A stretch of 64,000 nt of DNA, taken from Naegleria gruberi. Its lineage: Eukaryota. Positions 50,742 through 60,991 of this stretch are shown piece by piece. The notes below the pieces were generated by a model. That model did not search any database. It worked only from the letters and a program-made list of their open reading frames with translations, and had not been told where the DNA came from. Numbering within the stretch: position 1 is the stretch's first letter; every line of letters begins with the position of its first letter. A program made the translations under genes and the position numbers. Where the stretch lies: NCBI GenBank assembly GCA_000004985.1, contig GG738852.1. One strand, given 5' to 3'.

Positions 50742-50832
50742 GGTGAGTTGGTCGAGTGGTCTAAGACGACACGTTAAGGTATGATTAATACCGTGTTCCG
50801 CAAGGGCGTGGGTTCAAATCCCACACTCATCA
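50742..50832 (+). tRNA. tRNA-Leu(AAG): tRNA-Leu (anticodon AAG) with 11-nt intron
   Basis: Acceptor GGTGAGT/ACTCATC with one G-U. D-arm GTCGAGTGGTCTAAGAC. Anticodon stem ACACG/CGTGT with loop TTAAGG, then intron tatgattaata at 50780-50790 after position 37. Long variable arm. T-arm GTGGG-TTCAAAT-CCCAC. Discriminator A. T4 follows. Confidence 0.8.
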
Positions 50833-51082
50833 AATTTTGCCCTCAATTTTCAACGTTTTTCCAACTTTGAGAAGTAAGCCTGTTAATTCTTATTTACTTT
50901 TCAACATGCTTTTTATAAATTAAATCTTGCAATAATCTGACTCTTTTTACAAAGGTTGGAGTAAATCTTTCTTCGCTATACATTTTGAGAATATTTTGTA
51001 AATCCTCTGGTGTGAACAATCTTGCACAGTGAATTACAAATGTTTCCACAAAGTCCTTGCACAATGAATCAACTTCCAGTAC

Positions 51083-53431
51083 CTAAACAAACCTATTAGA
51101 TTCAAATTTTTGAAATAAAATACTTACCGTAGCAAGATAAAAGAATAAATGAATATTACTCTTGTTTCCAACAGATAAATGCTTGATCAGCTCGGTACAA
51201 CAATGTTTTACAATAAACTCCATTTGGAATTGATGAGAAATGAAGAGAATACAAATCCATTCATTTAGGTCATACTCTTCAAATTTACCATAACACATTT
51301 CCAAGACAATTCTTAGAATTTCACATCTAGATTTTTTGCAATGCTCGAAAAACATCTCATTCAAATTGTCTGACATCATTAAAATAAACTCGAGCAAATT
51401 AATGGTGGAATCTTCTGATAGATTGGATATCATTGTTGAAAGAACTGGGCTGTTCACAGCTAGGACACATTTGTGAAGATTCATAACTTGCTCAGAGTTG
51501 GAATCAATAATTACCTTCAAATCACTAGATGTATCTTCTATTAAGGTGACCAAAGATTGTTCCAAATTCATTAAGATATTGTCTTCCTTCCATTGAACCT
51601 GAACAGCAAAGAATGTCTTTTTAGTTTGATCTATTTTTGGTTTGATTTTCAAAAAGGAATCCAATGATCCATACCTATTGTGACATTCATTATAGTTGGC
51701 CTTAATAAAAGCAAAACATTTCTTGACAAGTAGGAGCAAGATACTAGTTTCTGAATTTTTTAAAACTTTCCATGATAGATAATTGGAGGTCCATGTAAGA
51801 ATATCCATTACATTCTCAACAGTTATTCTGTTTGCTAACTCATTGAATAAAAATGTCTTGAAATAAATTCCAACATCTGAAATGTCATTAAGTATAAATA
51901 AACAAGTGACTAAATCCTTTTCAATATTTTCTTCAGATAATTTGGATAAGAATCTATCGAAATAAATGAATAATCTGTCAGAGTATGATTCTTCCTCTTT
52001 TGTTGTATTGGATGTTGCCTCATTTGATTGAAAATTGTTGGTGAATTCTTCCTCAGTCGCCAAAGATAGCTCACAACTGATAAATTTACAAATTCTAAAT
52101 AAAATTTCGCCTTCTTCAGCTTTAAGCCTCTCAGTAAACTCTCTATTGATAAGTAACGAATGCAAATCTTTGGATATCCTTTTGATTAAAGGTAAAAAGA
52201 CATGAATCTTTGAATTTTCTACATGGAAGAATTGACTACAGTCTCTCAATTCATCGATAAGCATTACGGTATTGGTTGCAATTAATTCTTGAGTGGATAG
52301 TAATGGAGTTTCATGCATTACAAGAGTACTATTATTGCCACATATTACTCTCACATCCTCTCCTTCCTTCCATTCAAAAGGTAGATTGATAAGTTGTGGC
52401 TCCCTAAATGAGACAGTCTTTGAGTTCTTACCAAGCTCTCCAAATCGATTAGAGCCAAATGCATATAATTTTCTGCTAGATGTTTTTAAAATCACATGAT
52501 AGGGCCCACTCCAAACATCATCAATATATTCATCATTGAGAGGAATTTTCTCAAATGGGTAAACCTGCTCACGTGTTCCAATACCCAATAAGGTTCCAGC
52601 TCCACTCACAAAGCATTCTCCATTCGAATGAAGAGAAATGATATTTGACTTTCCCAGAACTATCTTTTTGACACCCTCTGCAACCAATTGAGCTGCTGGT
52701 TTTACATAACATGGATCATGTTGAGGTCTATTATTGGCATATTCAACTATCATATAATCTGAATTCGAAAAGGTGGCCTTTTGTCCTTTTTCTAGAAAAA
52801 CACTTCGAGTTTCTCCTCCAACAATATCATCTGCTATTGGAAAGGATCTAGAAGTGTGTAGACATAAATTACAGAAAATGCTTGTTGGTGTATTGACTTG
52901 AAAAGTCATCTTAAAATCACCGTCATCAATGAGGAAACATTGTTCAATATTATTATTTCCACATGCATAAACGGTTGTCTTTTCAGAAACAAAAAAGGAT
53001 TGGGAAGGGCCTGTGAAAATCTTTCTAATTGGTGAATCAAACAAGCTCTGTAATATTTCCACAGGTTTGTTGCATTCCTTTCTCAAAGGATTACCCAATT
53101 GACCTGTACTATTACTTCCACATGAAAAAACTCTTCCCAACCTGGACAAGAATAAGGCATGTTTCTCTCCGAGTCTAATCTGTACAATCTGATCATCATT
53201 ATTTAAATCCTCAAATTCTATTGGGGTGGGAATTTGTCGTGAGTCTAAATCTCCTACACCCAGCCATCCACAATCATTTCGTGTTCCGAGAGTGTACACC
53301 TTACCACTTTTTGTTAGGAAACAACAAAATTCATACGAGTAGGTGGAAGTTATTTCAAATTGTATGATCGGATCATGGAAGGAATAATATTCTAGAAAAT
53401 CAATTTTTGAAAAGGTTGATTGATCTGGTTG
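51083..53431 (-). CDS. RCC1-repeat and BTB domain protein (RCBTB-like), exon 2
   Basis: RCC1 repeats SGKVYTLGTRNDCGWLGVGD and GRVFSCGSNSTGQLGNP. BTB-like HKCVLAVNSPVLSTMISNL. The ORF-track start at 53299 is GTG. The frame is open upstream to acceptor ataatatag ending at 53432. Confidence 0.7.
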   Translation of the reverse strand, partial: QPDQSTFSKIDFLEYYSFHDPIIQFEITSTYSYEFCCFLTKSGKVYTLGTRNDCGWLGVGDLDSRQIPTPIEFEDLNNDDQIVQIRLGEKHALFLSRLGRVFSCGSNSTGQLGNPLRKECNKPVEILQSLFDSPIRKIFTGPSQSFFVSEKTTVYACGNNNIEQCFLIDDGDFKMTFQVNTPTSIFCNLCLHTSRSFPIADDIVGGETRSVFLEKGQKATFSNSDYMIVEYANNRPQHDPCYVKPAAQLVAEGVKKIVLGKSNIISLHSNGECFVSGAGTLLGIGTREQVYPFEKIPLNDEYIDDVWSGPYHVILKTSSRKLYAFGSNRFGELGKNSKTVSFREPQLINLPFEWKEGEDVRVICGNNSTLVMHETPLLSTQELIATNTVMLIDELRDCSQFFHVENSKIHVFLPLIKRISKDLHSLLINREFTERLKAEEGEILFRICKFISCELSLATEEEFTNNFQSNEATSNTTKEEESYSDRLFIYFDRFLSKLSEENIEKDLVTCLFILNDISDVGIYFKTFLFNELANRITVENVMDILTWTSNYLSWKVLKNSETSILLLLVKKCFAFIKANYNECHNRYGSLDSFLKIKPKIDQTKKTFFAVQVQWKEDNILMNLEQSLVTLIEDTSSDLKVIIDSNSEQVMNLHKCVLAVNSPVLSTMISNLSEDSTINLLEFILMMSDNLNEMFFEHCKKSRCEILRIVLEMCYGKFEEYDLNEWICILFISHQFQMEFIVKHCCTELIKHLSVGNKSNIHLFFYLATVSILFQKFESNRFV

Positions 53432-53477
53432 CTATATTATAGATTTTAATGTACATTATACATTGCTATTAACGTAC

Positions 53478-53561
53478 TATATCCTTTGTCCATGGAAGGG
53501 CAGACAATGTCGACCAAAAACCTTGTCCACATCCATAAAATGTTTGTTTGGTTTCTGTCAT
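53478..53561 (-). CDS. RCBTB-like protein, predicted first exon
   Basis: ATG at 53561 in caaaaaaATGa context. MTETKQTFYGCGQGFWSTLSALPWTKDI. Donor gtacgt at 53477. A 46-nt intron to the phase-0 acceptor at 53432. Confidence 0.45.
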
Positions 53562-53607
53562 TTTTTTGTTTGACATTACGTTTGATTTTATTCTTGTATG
53601 AAAAATT

Positions 53608-53698
53608 TGATGAGTGTGGGATTTGAACCCACGCCCTTGCGGAACACGGTATTAATAATACCTTAACGTGTCGTCTTAGACCACTCGACCAACTCACC
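53608..53698 (-). tRNA. tRNA-Leu(AAG): tRNA-Leu (anticodon AAG) with 11-nt intron, inverted copy
   Basis: Reverse complement of the 50742-50832 gene, identical except one intron base (tattattaata vs tatgattaata). T5 terminator follows on the minus strand at 53603-53607. Confidence 0.8.
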
Positions 53699-53783
53699 AT
53701 CGATTAGGGAAATATTTATAGCCTTAACATCACTTTATACAGCTAAAAACTGCATTAATTTTGCTGCAATTTTTACAATGTTT

Positions 53784-54335
53784 TTACAATCTAGGTGTCA
53801 ATGAGGATGGTAATCTAGCTGATGAAGAGGTTGATTCATTCTGATAGAGTGGTAATTGTTCATCCACTGTTGGTCCATAAATTGATTGCAATATTGGATG
53901 TTGCAACTTGTATCTGAATTGTGACACATCATTCTCTTCAACTTCAACAAAAGCAAAATCAATAAACATTTGCTGTGGAGCCCTATCAAAATGATCCAAA
54001 AATTGTTTCAACCTTTTCATCAAGTGTGGTTTCGTGTAAATGCTCACAACAGGAGTTGTCCCAATACCACCTGATGATCCCGATGGTGAACCCAATACTG
54101 GTGGAGTGTAGGTTTTTACTTGTGATCGATGATGAACCTGTTGATAATTATTCAATGTCGGTTGCGCCGTAGTAGTAGTATTCATATTTTGTTCTCCATC
54201 TTCTATTTTGTTATTGATTTGTTTATCATTATCGGTCTCGTGGGTATTTGTCTCCGAGAGGAATTGTTTTTCATTCTTGTTGTCTTGCTGTCTATTTAAT
54301 ACGCTTCCATTGTTGGTTTGTTTTGACTCTTGCAT
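53784..54335 (-). CDS. hypothetical N/Q/T-rich protein
   Basis: ATG at 54335. No recognisable domain. Confidence 0.4.
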   Translation of the reverse strand: MQESKQTNNGSVLNRQQDNKNEKQFLSETNTHETDNDKQINNKIEDGEQNMNTTTTAQPTLNNYQQVHHRSQVKTYTPPVLGSPSGSSGGIGTTPVVSIYTKPHLMKRLKQFLDHFDRAPQQMFIDFAFVEVEENDVSQFRYKLQHPILQSIYGPTVDEQLPLYQNESTSSSARLPSSLTPRL

Positions 54336-54920
54336 TTTTTAAATGAATGATTAAATGGTGATGTGTAATGCACCTTACAGTATTTCGATTTTGTTAAGAG
54401 AGATTTTCCTGATGCTGTAATAAATATGATGAATAAACCATTGACTAAGAGGTTATTTTAAATTATTAAATTGTTAATGATAAAGGATTTTCTTTCATAA
54501 AATCAAAATAAATCATCAAGGAAAAGGGACAAATGCAATCACATTAATGGAAAGCCACTTTCCCAATTATTAAATTTCTTTAATAGGCCACTCACTTCCT
54601 TAATAGCACGTGTAATCTTTGCCAAAGAACTGAATTAATGCCAAATGAAGCCAAATAGCTTCTTAAAAAAACTCTCACATTTTCAATAGAGATATCTAAG
54701 CAAATAAATTTCACATTTGCTTGAGTGTGAAGTTATTGTACATTATATAACCGAGAGAAGGGAAAATCAATTAATTTTCACAGCAAGGAATATCCACCTT
54801 TTGTATTACTATCACTCCTCTATTATAATAATTCTTTCGTTAAATCCTCTGAGAAATTATTATTATATCACTTTATTATAATAATATTCACACTTTAACA
54901 TTGATTCTCAAAAAACAGAG

Positions 54921-56156
54921 ATGAGAACAAGAAGTAGGAGCTTGTTCACCGATTTCATACCTCACAATAATACTACTAGTAATAATAGTGGGAGTAATAC
55001 AAACTCACCAACTAGTACTAGGGAGGGAAGACAATTCTCTCCCACGAGTCCAATATTGCAATCCTTCAGAACTACTCAATCACTTGTGGAGGAAGATGTT
55101 GGAACCGAGCCAAAAACACTCTCCATTTCATTAAGGGATAACTCACCTACTGTAGGATCAAATTCCTCTTCACCATCATCTAATCCATCATCCTTTTCCT
55201 CAGCGTTGAATGGTGGAACGACCACCTTCTTTACACCTCACAGTCCAACCACACCCTCTCCAAGTACTTCAACTCCAAGAAGAAGAAAACTCTCACTAGG
55301 ATTGAGTAGTATGCAGAATATGAATTCTACTCCACTCTCCTCTTCACCAACACCTTCACCCCTAACAATGAATCCCTCCACAACTGTACAACAAGCAACA
55401 AGTGGGGGAACTTATGTTCCAGGTACTTTTAATCAATCCCCTTCCCCACCAAGTTCAACATCTCCTTCAAGTCTCTCCTCCTCTCCTTCTAATTCTCTAT
55501 TCATTAATGATGCAGCTGGATCTTCAAGCCCTAGAAATTACTCACCACGAAGATATTCAATAATGCCTGCTGTTGGATTTGCCACTCCTCCCCCACTAAG
55601 TTCTTCATCAAATGGTTCTTCCACACCTACTGGAGGTAATAGTAGAAGAAATTCATTGGAGAGGAAGGTCTCTGAAGCTTTTGCCTTTCCAAACATTAAT
55701 GAAAAACCAATGAATAATCGTTTGAGGGAAATTAAATCGATGGAACTTGATGAACAAATGGACTATAATTCATATAACAATTCATCGAGTAATAACAACA
55801 ATAATAATAACGACTCATCAAGTAATAATATCATTGATGACATGGGGGGATTGCTTAATTACATTTCACCCCAATTCCTTCAACCTGCAGTTCCTGCACA
55901 ACCAGTGTTGGAGAGAAGAAGGAGTTTCAAGAGAAATCCATCATCGCCATCTGTTGTGGGAGATCATGAAGTACCATCTCTCATTCCAACTTTCCAAAGG
56001 AAGGACAGTGTATCTTCTCTGGAACAAGTTAGAGAGCTGCAAAGAGTTCCATCAAAAAGCTCCAACCTAACAGTTGTAGCAAGTCCATCATCAAACAGTA
56101 CTTCCTCAAACAGCATTGCCCCAATTAGAGGAAAAATCTCCTGCAACTCCTTGTAA
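54921..56156 (+). CDS. S/T/P/N-rich low-complexity protein, first reading-frame segment
   Basis: ATG at 54921. Open to stop at 56154-56156. Composition continues seamlessly into the next frame. Confidence 0.45.
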   Translation: MRTRSRSLFTDFIPHNNTTSNNSGSNTNSPTSTREGRQFSPTSPILQSFRTTQSLVEEDVGTEPKTLSISLRDNSPTVGSNSSSPSSNPSSFSSALNGGTTTFFTPHSPTTPSPSTSTPRRRKLSLGLSSMQNMNSTPLSSSPTPSPLTMNPSTTVQQATSGGTYVPGTFNQSPSPPSSTSPSSLSSSPSNSLFINDAAGSSSPRNYSPRRYSIMPAVGFATPPPLSSSSNGSSTPTGGNSRRNSLERKVSEAFAFPNINEKPMNNRLREIKSMELDEQMDYNSYNNSSSNNNNNNNDSSSNNIIDDMGGLLNYISPQFLQPAVPAQPVLERRRSFKRNPSSPSVVGDHEVPSLIPTFQRKDSVSSLEQVRELQRVPSKSSNLTVVASPSSNSTSSNSIAPIRGKISCNSL

Positions 56157-57126
56157 AATATATGCTGATGAACAACAGAATGAATCGTCACCTAAAATTA
56201 TTACTACACCATCAACTCCTTCCAAGTCGGTAGCTTCTTCTTCCTCTTGTAACATGTTGAATGAGAATACTCCAAACAGAGCTCAAACACCTGGATCAGA
56301 GGATAATAGCTTACTTAAATCACTCTTATCAATACAATTGACATCTGAAATGTTAACAACTGAACCACATGCTGAAAACCAGGGCAGAAGAAGACATCAA
56401 GAGAAAGAAGACACCTCAGGTCAAGATTCTTCATTTGATCGTTTAGTTTCAAACTTTTCTAGTATTCAAAGACAGAAAAAAGATGTTAAGCGAATTCCAG
56501 AATTTGAAGAACACTTGAAAGAATTCTCTTCACTCGTTCGTCAATTCCAAATTAAGGGAGTTGTCCTAAACCAACAGGAAATTGAGGAATTTCTTCGTGA
56601 TGATAGAAAGGGAAACGATGAAGTTGATCCAAATGTTTTGAGTAAGATTAGAAGTAAGGAATTGGAGAGCTACATTAGAACTCTTGGTCCAAAAACCATT
56701 CAAATGATGTGTGATTGGAGAGATCGTTTCCATAGTGTTCATGAAAACTCAAATGCAGTTCTCGACTTTTCTGATAAGAAGAAAAAGGTTGAGGATAATA
56801 TGAAATTAATGAAGAAGGCCATGGAAAATGTAAATGCAATTCCTCCAGCACGTAGGGATAGCTTATCAACACCAGTTGGTGGTAGTGGAAGGAGAGATTC
56901 CTTACCTCTCATCAACTCGTCACCAACTGGCTCACCATCAGCAGGTAGTGGAATGACCCTTACCACAACTCCTGGAACTCCAACAAGTCAAATCAGAAGT
57001 GGAATGACACAATCTAAAAGCAGTGTAAATATGTTGTCTCCAACAACTACAACATCTTACAGCCCAATACCTAGAGCTAGTAGACAGAGATCAAAATCTT
57101 TGAATGTTATTAAAAAACTTGATTAA
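56116..57126 (+). CDS. probable continuation of the preceding S/T/P-rich protein in +1 frame (no ATG; 41-nt overlap containing an A5 run)
   Basis: Frame is open from 56116 with a TTG. Same S/T/P-rich composition (SPATP...TPSTPSKS). No canonical intron of permissible length reconciles the two frames. Confidence 0.4.
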   Translation: MPQLEEKSPATPCKIYADEQQNESSPKIITTPSTPSKSVASSSSCNMLNENTPNRAQTPGSEDNSLLKSLLSIQLTSEMLTTEPHAENQGRRRHQEKEDTSGQDSSFDRLVSNFSSIQRQKKDVKRIPEFEEHLKEFSSLVRQFQIKGVVLNQQEIEEFLRDDRKGNDEVDPNVLSKIRSKELESYIRTLGPKTIQMMCDWRDRFHSVHENSNAVLDFSDKKKKVEDNMKLMKKAMENVNAIPPARRDSLSTPVGGSGRRDSLPLINSSPTGSPSAGSGMTLTTTPGTPTSQIRSGMTQSKSSVNMLSPTTTTSYSPIPRASRQRSKSLNVIKKLD

Positions 57127-57523
57127 GTTGAATGAAACCAATTCTATTATCTTTGTAAAAAGATATGCTCGAGACAGTACACCAACAATGATAATGTCAA
57201 CCAAAGTTGGACAGTTACTAAATCTCCAATACTACTATTTCTTCCGCCGTGGACGGATTAAGAATTAATGGGATTCTTATCACTGGTTAAGGAAGAACAG
57301 GTAATACCGATAAATGGTAAATGCTGTTCACAATATATAAATGTATAATGTTTAGGAATGGCATTGTGGGTTGTTAAAATTTTAATAATAAATTAATGTG
57401 AAATTTTTCAATCATTCTTTTTGGATGTAGCTGTCTTGGCTTTCTTTTCTGCTTGAATGTTCAATTGTCTTCTCTTCACTTGTACAACCATTGAAGCAGA
57501 GGTTATCAACATGTTGATCTGGT

Positions 57524-57720
57524 TCAAAAATTGTTAAATATTAAATGGTGCGAATATTTTTGTAAACCTACCACAATGATCACCAATAAGAATAATAGAG
57601 GGAAGGCATACACAACTGCAGCAAAGAAACCGCGTGAATCGAAATAATTAAGTGTTGAGAAGGATTTCCAATTCATTCCACACCATCTATTCAAAGTTTC
57701 TGACATGTATGTCATAAAGC
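57524..57720 (-). CDS. TMEM18-like transmembrane protein, exon 2
   Basis: Acceptor caaatag ends at 57721. MNWKSFSTLNYFDSRGFFAAVVYAFPLLF matches TMEM18 [28 protein letters not shown]. Confidence 0.7.
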
Positions 57721-57780
57721 CTATTTGACACGACAAATATTCTGATAAATACTCCTCCTATTCCACAATAATAAACTTAC

Positions 57781-58186
57781 AAATAATGGCAAATAAAACA
57801 GCTTGAATATTCATATTTCTTCTAGACATTATAATACAAATAAAAAGTACAATATGCATAGCAATAAGTCCTTGTAACCAAACCTCATCTCTCCAATAAA
57901 CACCATTGACAAATGCAGAGGTATCCGATTTAAATTGATCCCATCCTTGACGTCCATATTTAAATAATATATCAAAATCAAAGTTGGAATTTATAAATTC
58001 TTGAACAACATTCTTTGTAGTCGGAAAGTTTCCAGCATTACCACCTCTTGAAGTTGGTGGTACTTGTTGTTGTTGTTGACCATCCAATGCATTCAATCCG
58101 AGACCATACAATAATAAATTGATGAGTTTTGCCTGATTCTCAAAGACATTTTCCAATACGTTCCACCAAGTTGAATTGTTACTCAT
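57781..58186 (-). CDS. TMEM18-like protein, exon 1
   Basis: First ATG at 58186 in aaaaaaaATGa context. Track start is TTG. VYWRDEVWLQGLIAMHIVLF matches TMEM18 [21 protein letters not shown]. Donor gtaagt at 57780. Intron is 60 nt. Confidence 0.65.
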
Positions 58187-58495
58187 TTTTTTATGTTTTT
58201 TAATTTTACTCAAAATTGTTTTTTAGTTTCAACATTGTTGATTGTTTGGATGTTTACAATAAGTTGAAATTTTGTAAATAAATGAGAACTCCTGATTGGG
58301 GTAGTGTCAGATACGAAACTAATTCGAATGGTTTATATTTTAATTTCATTTCCAAAATTGTGCCATGTTGAAAATCCAAAACAAGTCTTTGGAATGTATG
58401 AGAGGTGAATTTTCAATACTTTAAACATGCCGAGATCAACAAATAGTTTCAAAACACAAAAAAACAAATGAAAGATACTCCAAAGAAACTCAGCN

Positions 58496-58544
58496 NNNNN
58501 NNNNNNNNNNNNNNNNNNNNNNNNNNNNNNNNNNNNNNNNNNNN
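58496..58544. other. assembly gap (run of N)
   Basis: About 49 consecutive n characters. Downstream ORF-track coordinates are offset about 2 nt from the line labels, so the gap display may be truncated. Confidence 0.9.
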
Positions 58545-58588
58545 CGCTTAAGGAAGTTCCTCCTCAAGAAGAAAAGAATGAAGAATCT

Positions 58589-59101
58589 GTGGTTGACCAA
58601 GCAGTAGACTCTGTTGAAACAATTGAAAATGAGAAGGAAACAAAAAGTGATGATTCGAAAATGAAACATCAAAGAGATCAAGTGAAGAATTCTCAAAAGT
58701 CAACATCCCTCTCAATGTACATTATCTTATCTCTTATGGTTGCAGTAATGGGCTATTTAGTCAACCAACAAATGATAATCAATCAATACAACAAGAATCT
58801 CGAGAGTAAATTAGCCAAACTTGAAAATCCTCAATTAGAATTCAAAATGGTTTCCAAAGTAGGCCTTGGTGATATATTCGTTGAGTGTCCAGCAAGTTTC
58901 ACCCTTCTTTCTTGTGGAATCAATCACTCTGATAATGGACACAACACAGGTCATCGACCATTCTCCACCACTGGATGTGTTTGTTCTCAAAATGCAGACG
59001 AAACAAACCTTCACCTTAAATACACTTGTTTCGCTTACTGCATGAAAAATCCATCACTCTATCAATCCAAAACAAAACCTTATCCATTAAGCATTGAATA
59101 A
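58589..59101 (+). CDS. hypothetical Cys-rich type II membrane protein, 5' end open into the gap
   Basis: Frame is open from the gap edge. First in-frame ATG gives MKHQRDQ. Signal anchor MYIILSLMVAVMGYLV. C-terminal domain with six Cys (VECPASF..LSCG...TGCVCS...YTCFAYC). Confidence 0.4.
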   Translation: MVDQAVDSVETIENEKETKSDDSKMKHQRDQVKNSQKSTSLSMYIILSLMVAVMGYLVNQQMIINQYNKNLESKLAKLENPQLEFKMVSKVGLGDIFVECPASFTLLSCGINHSDNGHNTGHRPFSTTGCVCSQNADETNLHLKYTCFAYCMKNPSLYQSKTKPYPLSIE

Positions 59102-59307
59102 TAATAAAACATAATGTTCTTTGTTCCAACTAAATTAATCCATGAAGGAGAAGTGCTATCCCAGCAACAACAAGTGGGATAACGGATTTTGGTGGACTTT
59201 GAAACCGCAACCCCTTTTCAATGTCCTTACAATGTCCATCGCATGATGGTGTTGAGGTTTTAAAAAACTAACTTTCCAAAACATGTATGGAGAAATAATT
59301 TGAAAAA

Positions 59308-59997
59308 ATGGTTTCTGCACAATTATTACAAACTCCTTTCGAAGATATGAACAGAATGCAACTAATTCTCAATTCAGTGTTGGTTGTAATTCTTGTTGCC
59401 TTGCTCATTCATGTCATTCGTTTCTTGCATGTCTATTTCAAGTTTAGACACATACCTGGATATGTTTCAATTCTACCACCCATGCTAGCTAGCATATTTG
59501 CAGGTGAAATGTATGTCGACTATGGATACAAATGTACATTGAAAGCATTCTTGGACAATCCAGAGGCAAACCTTGTTAAAGTTCAAAATGGTTATGGTAT
59601 TGTGTTTGCTGTGGCCAGAGATCACGATTTAATCAAGGAAATGCTAGTGAGAAAGTACAAAACATTTGCTAAGGATGAAAAGATGTGGGAACCATTGGCT
59701 CTCTTTGGACACAATATTTTGTCTGCAGATTCAATGAATCCAATTTGGAAAAAACATAGAACACTTGCTAATCCAATATTTTCGAATGCATCACATTTGA
59801 GAAATGTATTTAGAGTTACAGTGGAGGAATTGCCACACATGATTGAGTATCTTAGAAGACATTATTCAGTTGACCAAGAGAATCAATCTATTAGAAATGT
59901 TAATATTACCCAAGAACTCAAATCCATTACCTTGACGGTTATTAATAAGGTTGCATTTGATTATGACATTCAATTATTTGACAGACTCCAAGACATA
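59308..59997 (+). CDS. cytochrome P450, exon 1 (N-terminal membrane anchor and helices A-F)
   Basis: ATG at 59308. Hydrophobic anchor LILNSVLVVILVALLIHV. Frame ends at TGA 60031 unless spliced at GTGAGG (59998). Confidence 0.6.
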
Positions 59998-60065
59998 GTG
60001 AGGAAATGCATCAGTCAATTGGACATTTATTGAGTGGAATTTTGTATCAATTCATTTTCCCAAAG

Positions 60066-60944
60066 TGGTTCTTTGATTATATTCCTATTGGAATTTTCAA
60101 ACAATTTAAGGAAGCAAAACTGAGATTCCACGACAGAGCCATGACCATGGTAAGAAAAAAACAAGCCGAAATTGAAAAGAATATAGAAATGAAAGATGAC
60201 GAAGATTTATTGAGTCTATTATTGAAGAGCTTTGCTGCACAAAACTTGTCAGATGATGAAAAATTATCCAATGATGAATTGGTCAGTGCAATTTTCATTA
60301 TCTTCTTTGCTGGATTTGAAACTAGTTCAACATCTTTGAATTTCTTTCTGAGAATATTGGCAACTCATCCAGATGTTCAAGAAAGATTGATTGAGGAAAT
60401 TGATTCAAATATCAACTCTATTGATTCAATGACTTTTGAAGATTTAACGGAAAAGCTTCCACTTATGAATTCTTTCATTAAGGAATCGTTTCGAGTTAAA
60501 CCAGCCGTTGGAGCTGTAGCAAGAACTGTCTTGAAGAAGGAAGGTGAATCTATTGGCAAGATTCACTTGGAAAAGGGGTCAGTTTTAATTTGTAACATGA
60601 TGGTTCATCATCAACTCTCTCAGAATACAGCTTTGGATACCTTCAAATTTAACAGATATTATCAAGATCCAACTCTTGAAGAGAAGATTGACAGGGGAAC
60701 TATGGGACATTTGGCACTCGATTTTACAAAGGATGATTTGATTCCATTCTCACTAGGACCAAGAGATTGTCTTGGAAAACGTATGGCACTAATAGAAATT
60801 AAGGTCATTCTCGTTTTCTTATTAAAACAATTCAGGTTGAAAGTTCCAGATCATTTGAAAGAATCTCAATCAAAAATTAAGGAAGGTTATTTCATGACAA
60901 GAACAACAGACTCTCCATTCATTCTTGATTTTGAAACTAGATAA
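60066..60944 (+). CDS. cytochrome P450, exon 2 (I-helix to heme-binding loop)
   Basis: AGFETSS, ESFRVKP (ExxR), FSLGPRDCLGKRMA (FxxGxRxCxG). The only phase-compatible acceptor is cccaaag ending at 60065, giving a 68-nt intron. A frameshift is the alternative explanation. Confidence 0.7.
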   Translation, partial: WFFDYIPIGIFKQFKEAKLRFHDRAMTMVRKKQAEIEKNIEMKDDEDLLSLLLKSFAAQNLSDDEKLSNDELVSAIFIIFFAGFETSSTSLNFFLRILATHPDVQERLIEEIDSNINSIDSMTFEDLTEKLPLMNSFIKESFRVKPAVGAVARTVLKKEGESIGKIHLEKGSVLICNMMVHHQLSQNTALDTFKFNRYYQDPTLEEKIDRGTMGHLALDFTKDDLIPFSLGPRDCLGKRMALIEIKVILVFLLKQFRLKVPDHLKESQSKIKEGYFMTRTTDSPFILDFETR

Positions 60945-60991
60945 TCTTTCCTTTTTCATAGGACGGTCAATCAATTTCTTATTAAAAAAAA

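Noticed and set aside
53446-53700. ORF-track 84-aa minus-strand ORF (MVSWSSGLRRHVKV...).
   Set aside because: It overlaps the minus-strand tRNA-Leu gene (53608-53698) and the predicted first exon and intron of the RCBTB-like gene in another frame. It is a chance ORF.
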